Assembly (NCBI GenBank): GCA_951406725.2
Contig: OX597824.1
Coordinates: 87,730,001-87,794,000, forward strand
Origin: Octopus vulgaris
Taxonomy: Eukaryota
Reading direction: 5' to 3'
DNA length: 64,000 bases
The position numbers and the translations under genes were made by a program. Of the stretch, positions 54,250 to 64,000 are shown in pieces. Numbering within the stretch: position 1 is the first letter of the stretch; each line of letters begins with the position of its first letter. The notes under the pieces were generated by a model. It saw nothing but the letters and a program-made list of their open reading frames with translations, was not told the origin of the DNA and did not search any database.

Positions 54250-54790
54250 ACATCATCATCATCATCATCATCATTTAACATCCATTTTCCATGCTAGCAT
54301 GGGTTGGACGGTTCGACTGGGGTCTGGGAAGCCAGGAGGCTGCACCAGGCTCCAGTCTGATCTGGCAGTGTTTCTACAGCTGGATGCCCTTCCTAACACC
54401 AACCACTCTGTGAGTGTAGTGGGTGCTTTTTACGTGCCACAGGCACAAATGCCAGGGGAGGCTGGCAACGGCCACGATTGGTTGGTGCTTTTTACGTGCC
54501 ACTGACATGGAAGCCAGTCAAGGCGGAGCTGGCATCGGCCACGTTTGGATGGTGCTTTTCTGAACTATGGAAAATGGAAATAAAGACTAATTGATGATGG
54601 CATGCTCAACTCATTCACTCTGCCGTTACATTCTGAGTTCAAATTCAACCGAGGTCGACTTTGCCTTTCATCCTTTCGGGGTCGATTAATTAAGTATAAG
54701 TTACACACTGGAGTTGATATAATCGACTTAATCCATTTGTCTGTCCTTGTTTGTCCCTTCTATGTTTATCCCCTCTATGGTCAATAAAGA
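54250..54790. mobile_element. Family C (minus, 54250-54560) and family B (plus, about 54618-54790)
   Basis: Match to family copies elsewhere in the window. Confidence 0.8.
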
Positions 54791-54794
54791 CATA

Positions 54795-55189
54795 TCTCTC
54801 TATATATATAAAGCTGAAGTTGTCTGTGTATGGCAGGTTTGGTAGCCTTCAACTAACACTATCTCCTCCGAGACCCTGTGGTGCAAGTTGACCAAAATTG
54901 AGAATATGATAGAAGAAGGCCTGCTCTTCATTCCAAAGAAGAAAAAATTCAAATCGGACCATGTTAACACCAAAAATTATTTACATCAAAAAGGTGCTTT
55001 ATTTTTCTATGAAACTCCCTATTTTTTACGATTTTTTTACTGCTGTGTCACCAATTTCGGTGTATTTCAACCAGAAAAATGTTCACTTAAAGAGAATAAC
55101 AATCTACATAATATATAATTTTTACTTTTCAAAAATTCCAATTCTAAAAGGTCGAAACAAACCTGAGCAACGCCGGGCGATACTGCTAG
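54795..55189 (+). mobile_element. Non-autonomous Helitron, complete ~395 bp
   Basis: A|TC 5' end, subterminal GC hairpin CCTGAGCAACGCCGGG, CTAG|T 3' end, no TSD. Confidence 0.9.
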
Positions 55190-55227
<38 letters not shown>

Positions 55228-55461
55228 TATATATTTATATATATAAAACACACACATACGCACACATGCTGTATGACGGAATGGAAAGATTTATTCAAAG
55301 CTACACTGAGTCACTGCTCACGTGTTATGCATCTATGTCATCTAGAGATAATTTCAAATGCAAGTTATTTATATTGGTGGAAAGTCTTTATATGAAAGCC
55401 GAGACAGTATTAATACCAAGTCCATCCATGAAGCAATGTTGCTAATTAGAATCAAAGTACA

Positions 55462-56120
55462 TTTCTATATATATATAAAGCTGAAGTTGTCTGTGTATGG
55501 CAGGTTTGGTAGCCTTCAACTAACACTATCTCCTCTGAGACCCTACGGCGCAAAGTGACCAAAATTGAGAGTATGATAGAAGAAGGTTTGCTCTTCCTTC
55601 TGTAGAAGAAAAAATTCAAATCGGACCATGTTAACACGATTTTTTGACTGCTGTGTCGCCATTTTTCGGTGTATTTCAACCAGAAAAATGTTCACTTAAA
55701 GAAGAACATTCACATATCTTTTATCTTTTACTAGCAGTATCGCCCGGCGTTGCTCAGGTTTGTTTCGACCCTTTAGAATTGGAATTTTTGAAAAGTAAAA
55801 GTTTTGCATTATGTAGCTTGTTATTCTCTTTAAGTGAGCATTTTTCGGGTTGAAATACACTGAAAAATGGCGACACAGCAGTAAAAAAATCGTAAAAAAT
55901 AGGGATTTTCATAGAAAAAAAGCACCTTTTTGATGTAAATAATTTTTGGTGTTAACATGGTCTGATTTGAATTTTTCCTTCTACGGAAGGAAGAGCAAGC
56001 CTTCTTCTATCATACTCTCAATTTTGGTCAACTTGCGCTGCAGGGTCTCGGAGGAGATAGTGTTAGTTGAAGGCTACCAAACCTGCCATACACAGACAAC
56101 TTAAGCTTTATATATATAGA
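55462..56120. mobile_element. Composite Helitron: internally deleted 5' part on + (55462-55702), ~28-nt spacer, complete copy on minus (55731-56120)
   Basis: Inverted copy has CTAG at 55731 and its TC end at 56119-56120 with A|T target on the minus strand. Confidence 0.9.
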
Positions 56121-56123
56121 TGG

Positions 56124-56335
56124 ATTTCAGCCAGTGGTTGAGGCCATGCTGGTGTACCGCCTTTACTGCATCTGGAGATTTTTCCAGTATTGCTTCTGGT
56201 GAAGTAGCGAGTTGCATGTTGCTGTTCTTCTTTGTGCCTCTTGCTGTGATGTGGCTTCATCCAGTATGGCAGGTAAAAAAAAAAAAAACTGTCTAGACGT
56301 GTTTTGAAGACTTCCATGTCTACACTTTTCAGATA
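56124..56335 (-). mobile_element. CR1-type LINE 3' end (ORF2 C-terminus and tail)
   Basis: Frameshifted LKSVDMEVFKTRLDSF / LPAILDEATSQQEAQRRTATCNSLLHQ matches the FKxxLDxFL..PDEP..R...NSL pattern of CR1-like ORF2 ends. Confidence 0.7.
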
Positions 56336-56460
56336 TATGTGTGTGACTGCATGAACATACACATCTACAAATACGTGTGCTCATACACATATATGTGCAT
56401 ATATATATATATATACACATGCATGCTGCTGTACATTGTGCACACGCACACACACACAGA

Positions 56461-56526
<66 letters not shown>

Positions 56527-56944
56527 ATTGATTCTTAGGCATTGAGTTGGTGTTTGGGACTCTGCCAATGTTCCTGCTACAATATTTCAAACACGAAAAT
56601 GCTCTGCTTGAAGCCTCTCCCTTCATTTTCTCTGCCTGCACAAACTTTACCAGCAGGATTTCTGCTTTAGCACTCCCCCAACAACCACAGATATCACAAA
56701 TTATTTGATAAGAACAACACATGCACAGTGAAAGTCTGGTTGATCACAGTATATTCTTTTTCTTTTTTTATTTGCTGGTGAGTCTGATGCTGTTAATGTT
56801 CCATTTAAACAGTTGCCAGTTTAATACCAACAGGAAAAAACATGAGCATGGAGGGGATTCCAGACAGAGACAGCATTCAGGTGAAGAAAGATTAGGCATA
56901 GTTATTAGAGCAAAAAACCAGTAGCTGGAATACACACACACACA

Positions 56945-57265
56945 TACAACCAGTGGAGCATATTAGCTTCATTTCTTTCAAGCCTATGCATGTACTTAGC
57001 AGTGACAGCTCATGTTTCATTGCTGTGTAGCATAGCTGTTCACACACAGGCATCATATAGTCTGCCTTTCACTCTGAGCAAGAGGCCCTTTGTTACCAGC
57101 AGAGGTAGGAGCTCTTTGAACTTTGCCCAGCCTATTCTCATTCTAACAGCTACACTCTCAGAGCATCCACCCCCACTTCTGACTTGGTCACCTAGATAAC
57201 AGACGCTATTGACTACTGCTAGTTTTCCCCCTTGGCATGTGATGAAATCTATTTTCTGCACATTT
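56945..57265 (-). mobile_element. RTE-clade LINE reverse transcriptase fragment (pseudogenised)
   Basis: VVNSVCYLGDQVRSGGGCSESVAVRMRIGWAKFKELLPLLVTKGLLLRVKGRLYDACV*TAMLHSNET*AV...RLERNEANMLHW: RTE YLG-to-thumb region with in-frame stops. Confidence 0.9.
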
Positions 57266-57384
57266 AGATGATGATGATGATGATATATGTGTGTGTGTGT
57301 GTGAGTGTGTAATATAAATTAGAGAATACTAAAATTAATACTAAATTGAATTTTTCCCTGTAAGTTTGGAGTTATACTCCCTAA

Positions 57385-57457
<73 letters not shown>

Positions 57458-57499
57458 GTATATGTATATGTATATGTATATGTGTATGTATATGTATAT

Positions 57500-57828
57500 A
57501 TAGTGTAAAAACCCCCTTCGATCAAAATGAGATTGCACCTAGAAAGTTCCCATCCAAAGCACAAGTCCAGGCAAGGTTGTTTATGGAAAACCAGCAGTCG
57601 CCCACGCATACCAGCCTCTCCATGCCACCAGTGTTATCCAAGAGAAAGGCAAAGGGGCCGATACAGCTTGGCACCAATGATGTCGCAATTCATTTCTAGA
57701 GCTGAGTTAACTGGAGCAACGTGAAATAAGGTGTCTTGCTCAAGAACACAACAGACAGTCTGGTCTGGGATTCGAACTCACAATCTCATGATCATAAGCT
57801 CGACGCTCTAACCACTGAGCCATGTGCC

Positions 57829-57830
<2 letters not shown>
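57500..57830 (-). mobile_element. tRNA-headed SINE (family F variant)
   Basis: Minus strand head TGGCTCAGTGGTTAGAGCG...GAGTTCGAATCCC (clear A and B boxes), then TTCTTGAGCAAGACACC. Confidence 0.8.
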
Positions 57831-57872
<42 letters not shown>

Positions 57873-59029
57873 GGCACACACTCACACATATATATATATA
57901 CACATATATATACATATATCTATATGTATATATCTATCTGCATATATATTCTTTCATTCTTTTATTCTTTTACTGGTTTCAGTCATTTGACTGCGGCCAT
58001 GATGGAGCACTGCCTTTAGTCGAGCAAATCAACCCCAGGACTTATTCGGTCTGGAAATCGAACTCACTACCTCATGATTGTGAGCCCAACACTCTAACCA
58101 CTGAGCCACATGCCTATTTATTTATATAACACATGTGTGCGTCTATGTATGCGTATATATGCACTCAACAACGACAGAGCTCCATATGTAAATATGTGCG
58201 TATGTCCATTATAACAAATGAAGTAAATAATCCTGTAACTAAGATGGTTTAGTCCAGTTTATTGAAATAGTCTGCTTAAAAGAAAACACTAAAATAATGG
58301 GATGGGATCACAGTTTTATTTCTATACGATTGCATCTGACAGCAGCCTTTATCTCGACGCATTGCTCAAACATAGATGCATTTTTTCTAGTCAGTATTAT
58401 GATCATTGATCAGTAGAGTCTGGGGAATAGATGAAGTATTTCCATCCCTAGAGCAATATATGCTATTTCAATCTGTTTTAAGAAGATGCTTCTATGTTCT
58501 AAAAGAATTTCAAAAAGAATGCCAAAATCAAAGAATTTTTTTTTTTGGTTATATTTTAGATTGTCTTATATTAAAAGAAATGTTTTGTTCTTTAAATATT
58601 TTTAGATCACTTTAATCTTTTTTTTTTTTGCTTTCTTTTATTATATGTTTGTTTTTAATTTACATTATGGTAATGCATCGCCACAACAAGTTTATATAAA
58701 GATATCTTGATTTGCATTAGTTTTTGTAAATTATTATATCACTTATCATTTTATAAACAGTTCTACTTGAAGCAAATCATACGCTATCTTGAATCACATA
58801 CAATGCTGTTTGAGGAGCATTCAGGCACCATTTGATTGATAAAGACTTCAGCCTAAAATACAAAGAAATATCCAAGTAAACAACACCTTATTAATTCAGT
58901 TAAACACAGCTTTTGTTTAAGGTATAAACTATTCAACAGGGAATACAAGCGATTTTAGTTGGTGCTAAAACAACCTATTTTCTGTTAGCAAGGACACTAT
59001 TTGTGATATAAATACTGAGAGATATTTAA

Positions 59030-59782
59030 CCCTTTTGATACCAACCTGGCCAAAACTGCCTCTGGCTCTGTAGTACAAATGTCTTGTTTTCATAAGTATT
59101 GAATTAAAATCTTCCACCACACCTTTGTTATGTTCAAAACACTAGCTTAATGATAACTAAGTTATTTTACTAAATTCATCATCATCATCATCATCATCGT
59201 TTAACGTCCGTTCTCCATGCTAGCATGGGTTGGACGGTTCGACCGGGGTTCTGGGAAGCCAGAAGGCTCGGGGTTCTGGGAAGCCAGAAGGCTGCACCAA
59301 GCTCCAGTCTAATCTGGCAATGTTTCTACAGCTGGATGCCCTTCCTAACGCCAACCACTCCGTGAATGTAGTGGGTGCTTTTTACGTGCCACCTGCACAG
59401 GTGCCAGGCGAGGCTGGCAACGGCCACGGTCAGATTGGTGTATTTTATGTGCCACCGGCACGGAAGTCAGTCGAGGCGGTGCTGGCATCGGCCACGAGTC
59501 GGATAGTGCTTTTTACGTACCACCAGACCAGGGATCCTGGCTGGTTCAATTCGATTTCGATTTTGATTTCGATTTCGCTTGCCCCAACATGTCTTCACAA
59601 GCAAAGGGGGTTGGCATGGGTGCCTGTCGTACGGTCGCATTGGAGTATTTTACGTGCCACGGCCACGAGTCGGATAGTGCTTTTTACGTACCACCAGACC
59701 AGGGATCCTGGCTGGTTTGTTATATTTAAAATTAATTGAAAGAAACACAGAGCATCTCAAAATAAATACGGTAATGAAAGGG
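59030..59782. mobile_element. piggyBac-type MITE interrupted by a family C element (59177-59716, minus)
   Basis: TTAA|CCCTTTTGATACC ... GGTAATGAAAGGG|TTAA. Confidence 0.8.
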
Positions 59783-60008
59783 TTAAGATACACAATGGTA
59801 TTTTTTGAAATGCAAATGACAAACCATAGTATTGGTTTCAGATTTTGGAACAAGGTCTGCAACTTCATGCGAGGGGTTAAGTTGATCACATCGCTCCCCA
59901 GTGTTTAACTGGTACTTATTTTATTGACCCCGAAAGGATGAAACACAAAGTTGACCTTAGCAGAATTTGAACTCAGAACATAAAGATAAATGAAATACTG
60001 CTAAGCAA

Positions 60009-60080
60009 TCCCATGTGATCTAGTAGTTAGGATTCGTGGCTTTCCCCCAGGTGGCCCGGGTTCGATTCCCGGCATGGGAA
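60009..60080 (+). tRNA. tRNA-Glu(TTC), probably a pseudogene
   Basis: Acceptor stem TCCCATG/CATGGGA, T-arm CCGGG-TTCGATT-CCCGG, anticodon TTC; closely matches metazoan tRNA-Glu. Defects: D-arm substitutions, G-G mismatch in the anticodon stem, C at position 37. No encoded CCA. Confidence 0.85.
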
Positions 60081-60111
60081 ATATTGACTTGTGCTTTTGC
60101 TTAACGTTTTT

Positions 60112-60500
60112 AGGCGCAGGAGTGGCTGTGTGGTAAGTAGCTTGTTTACCAACCACATGGTTCTGGGTTCAGTTCTACTGCGTGGCACCTTGGGCAAGTG
60201 TCTTCTACTATAGCTTCGGGCCGACCAAAGCCTTGTGAGTGGATTTGGTAGACAGAAACTGAAAGAAGCCTGTCATATATATGTTTATATATATGTATGT
60301 GTGTGTATATGGTTGTGTGTCTGTGCTTGTCCCCCAACATCACTTGACAAGCAATGCTGGTGTGTAACTTAGTGGTTCGGCAAAAGAGACCGATAGAATA
60401 AGTATTAGGCTTACAAAGAATAAGTCCTGAGGTTGATTTCTTCAACTAAAGGTGGTGCTCCAGCATGGCCGCACTCAAAAGACTGAAGCAAGTAAAAGAG
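60112..60500 (+). mobile_element. SINE family A, full length
   Basis: Head to AGTAAAAGAG tail. Confidence 0.9.
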
Positions 60501-61564
60501 TAAGCATTTTGCCTTGTGTGCTATCAATTCTGCCAGGTGACCACCTTTTGATAAACCATGATACGGCAAAAAAACAAACAAAAAACAATAGGGTGAATTT
60601 AAAAACAACCTTTATTAAAGTACATAAATACAGTGTTACTAGCATTTAAAGTACAAATTGCTTCACTTGAGATACAAAAGATGATCCCTTCAAGGAAGTG
60701 CCCCAGCATGGCCACAGTCCATTGTCTGTAACAAGTAAAAACATAGAAGATAAAGAAAATAGTCACATCTTTGCCTTCGTTTCTTGGTCTTTAAAACGAC
60801 AAACAAAACCTCTGTTTAAACCAGGTTAAATATGATCTAATGTAATAAGAACCATTGTTTATAATTAACAATGGTTTTCTTTTTCTTTTTTTTTTTGAGA
60901 ATTTATAGGGGTTTATTGAGACTGCCGTCTTTGATTAATCAGGAAGCTTGGCAGCGTCTCAGCGGTGATGCTAATTGTATCAACTATTTCTCACAAAGAG
61001 ATCTGGCAACCAAACACATTGCTTGTTAATCTACTAAAAGCTACTTCAATAATCAGATACCATACATTCTCCAGCCTCGACATAATACCAAGTAGAAGAT
61101 TAAAATATACTTTCACTTACTTAAGGTGAATAACCAGATTAGTGGATGCAAAAGTGATGTCTTCTCTATTTTGGATAATGTTTGAATACAGTGACTTCCT
61201 CCTTTTGTTGATATTTATTCTTAGATTTATTATCTGCTTCATTTCTTAGTGAAAACTTGTTTCCATAAATATACAAAAACACAGCACAATTCTTAAATCC
61301 GAATAAGTCCTTGAAGAGCAAAGAAATCATAAAACTACACCAAAGTGCCATCTGTCCACTGGGTGAAATGTAATTTGTTAAGAAAGTGTGTCCCTTACAT
61401 CCACAAGGAAAATTTTTTGAGGTTTTTTTTTTTCACCAGATGCCAATACAGTAAACTCACCTCCTATCTGGCACAGCTAGGGCTAAAAGGTTGCCAGATA
61501 ACTGAATTTTCCTTATATCTGGTCATCACTTTTTAAATTACCATAGCACCTTAGAAAACACATT

Positions 61565-61602
<38 letters not shown>

Positions 61603-61817
61603 CTCTCTCTCTCTATATATATATATATATCTAATTGACAGTTCTGTCATAGACGATCCCTATTGACCAGCCCCACTTTGTTTTTCACGATCCCTTTTGA
61701 TTGGACTTTGGCCCTTTTTCCCCTTCTCTTGTTCCCAAAAAGAAAAGCTCTACTTTGTATTTTGTCCCTTCTCTGTTCAGCCCTGCATGGCCAATAAAGA
61801 AATCTATCTATCTTTTC

Positions 61818-61910
<93 letters not shown>

Positions 61911-62010
61911 CATAATAATATGAAAAAAATTGAATATTAATTAATAACATCAATTCAAAACACCAAGTGGTCTAGTGTATAAAAGACTGGGATACAGTAA
62001 ACATTATTAA

Positions 62011-62220
62011 TACAAATAATAAGAGAGAGTCCACCATGTGATCACTCTAACGCTAGATATAGATCCGCAGGGAATCCGCCACTAAAGAATTGTTCTCAAG
62101 AATTAATTCTCGGTGCGTTGAATTAATTCTTGAGAACAATTCTTTAGTGGCGGATTCCCTTTGCGGATCTATATCTAGCGTTAGAGTGACCACATTGTGG
62201 ACTCTCTCTTATTATTTGTA
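62011..62220. repeat. ~100-bp-arm inverted repeat with 10-nt spacer between (TA)n tracts (Penelope-like geometry)
   Basis: 62011-62109 pairs with 62120-62220; spacer TCGGTGCGTT. Confidence 0.85.
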
Positions 62221-62359
62221 TATATATATATATATATATATAATAGTATTATTAAGTTTGAAAATGGAGAGATCCAATGGATACAATTTAATTTATTAAT
62301 TAGTTAACATCTTCACCTACAATTGTTTCCTTTTGCATCCAATTTAAACTACAAAGCGT

Positions 62360-62724
62360 ATCATCATCGTCATCATCATTTAACGTCCGTTTTTCACGCT
62401 AGCATGGGTTGGACAGTTCGACCGAGGTCTGGAAGCCATGGAGGCTGCACCAGGCTCTAGTCTGATTTGGAAGTGTTTCTACAGCTGGATGCCCTTCCTA
62501 ACGCCAACCCCTCCATGAGTGTAGTGGGTGCTTTTTACGTGCCACCGGCACATGGGCCAGAGGAGACTGGCAAACGGCCATAATCGGTTGGTGCTTTTAC
62601 GTGTCACTAACACGGACGCCAGCCAGGCGGTGCTGGCATCTGCCACGTTCGGGCGGTGCTTTTTACGTGTCACCGGCACAGGTGTCTTAACTACAATTTC
62701 CATTTGATTTTTATTTTGATGTTG
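62360..62724 (-). mobile_element. Family C retroposon
   Basis: (ATC)n, GTTTAACGTCCG-like tail and three internal repeats. Confidence 0.85.
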
Positions 62725-63392
62725 AATCCTGCATTTCAAAATACCTTGGGTGGAAAATCATGAGGGCATAAAAAGGGACAATACAAGGATTACATTATGA
62801 ATTATTGGAAAACTTCAGTATACTAAGAATTATATAAGCATGTTATATACACACATGTTTTGGGTCATATTTTAGAGGAAAATAAGGTGTTCCAACGATC
62901 GTTTTAGGAGTACATTTGTGCAGATCACATATGATTCTTAAAATTCATTTCCATAGAATGCCACCCCCATCATCAGGGAAAGATAGTGTTTATGCAAGGA
63001 GGTGTTGAAAAGTTACTGGCTTTGGGTAATACAGGAGGATTAGTTAATTAGGATTATATTCAACATAGATGCAGTAAAATAAAATTCTGTACTTTGAGAA
63101 TCGATAATCCATTTTTTTTTTGATAGAGTAGAAACGTTCTTTCTTCAAGTGACAATTAATTGATTAACACAAATTAGCACAAGTTCTCTTGATTCTAATT
63201 AACAAGGTTGCTATCTGCCCTAGTTTGCACAGTGTTTGCAACTTCATGTCTAATTATTGACATCCGTCCAAATTTATTAACATCTCATCAACACAATATA
63301 ACAATGCCATTCTGAAAGTAACTCTCCACCATTGGTAGTAAATAAAAACAAAACACCAAACAACCAAAATAGTTGGATCAGTACACCCTGGG

Positions 63393-63930
63393 TATCATCA
63401 TCATCATCATCATCATCACCACCATCACCATCACCACCATCACCACCATCACCATCACCATCACCACCATCATCATCATCATCATCATCATCGTTTAACG
63501 TCCGCTTTCCATGTTGGCATGGGTTGAACGATTTGACTGAGGACTGGCGAACCAGATGGCTGCACCAATCTTGATCTGGCAGAGTTTCTACAGCTGGATG
63601 CCCCAGGACTTATTCTTTGTAAGCCTAGTACTTATTCTATCGTTCTCTTTTGCCGAACCGCTAAGTTACAGGGACGTAAACACACCAGCATTGGTTGTCA
63701 AGCAATGTTGGGGGGGACAAACACAGACACACAAACACACACACATATATATATATATACATATATACGACAGTCTTCTTTCAGTTTCCATCTACCAAAT
63801 TCACTCACAAGGCTTTGGTCAGCCCAAGGCTATAGTAGAAGACCCTTGCCCAAGGTGCCACACAGTGGGACTGAACCCAGAATCATGTGGTTGGTAAGCA
63901 GGCTACTTACCACACAGCCACTCCTGCACC
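63393..63930 (-). mobile_element. Family A copy (63601-63930) fused to a family C 3' end (63470-63603) with an expanded (ATC/ACC)n tail
   Basis: Junction GGATGCCCCAGGACTTATTC, where CCC is shared by both families. Confidence 0.8.
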
Positions 63931-64000
63931 TGTTACTTGTTTCAGTCATTTGACTGTGGCCATGCTGGAGCACAGCCTTGGAGAGTTTTAGTCAAACAAA

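Larger units (their letters stand above)
59830..60545 (-). mobile_element. Family B variant SINE split by the tRNA-SINE insert at 60008-60500
   Basis: ...GAAATACTGCTAAGCA (60007) resumes as TAAGCATTTTGCC...TTCTGCCAG (60501). Confidence 0.8.

Noticed and set aside
61121-61359. Minus-strand exon-like segment and 61-aa ORF
   Set aside because: Stops in all frames before the donor; peptide not recognised.

Overview
This is AT-rich, repeat-saturated animal genomic DNA. The SINE repertoire and the extreme (TA)n/(CA)n/(AAT)n load point to a coleoid cephalopod such as an octopus (inference, no search run). No intact host protein-coding gene can be supported, and almost all ORFs in the supplied track are translated microsatellites. 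Supported content: (1) at least four short retroposon families (A: tRNA head, internal microsatellite and CR1-like tail; B: short tRNA-type SINE making long TSDs; C: RTE-like element ending in (GAT)n; F: other tRNA-headed SINEs). (2) A non-autonomous Helitron family (TC...hairpin-CTAG) with tandem, composite and flank-capturing copies. (3) Mariner- and piggyBac-type MITEs. (4) LINE relics (RTE RT, CR1-type 3' end, L1/Tx1-like ORF1, Dong/R4-like tail). (5) A degenerate tRNA-Glu(TTC) and a 44/88-bp hairpin satellite. (6) Several Penelope-like terminal-repeat fragments sitting in (TA)n tracts. The most notable items are a spacerless 272-bp palindrome with two divergent minimal hammerhead ribozymes carrying a G3-C8 core swap (31.8-32.1 kb), a pre-tRNA-Glu plus SINE chimera inserted as one unit (60.0-60.5 kb), and Helitron copies recording local flank capture and a recurring fold-back composite. 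The first ~14 kb lacks the young mobile elements and may be a long 3' UTR. Repeat boundaries were read by eye and may be off by several bases.
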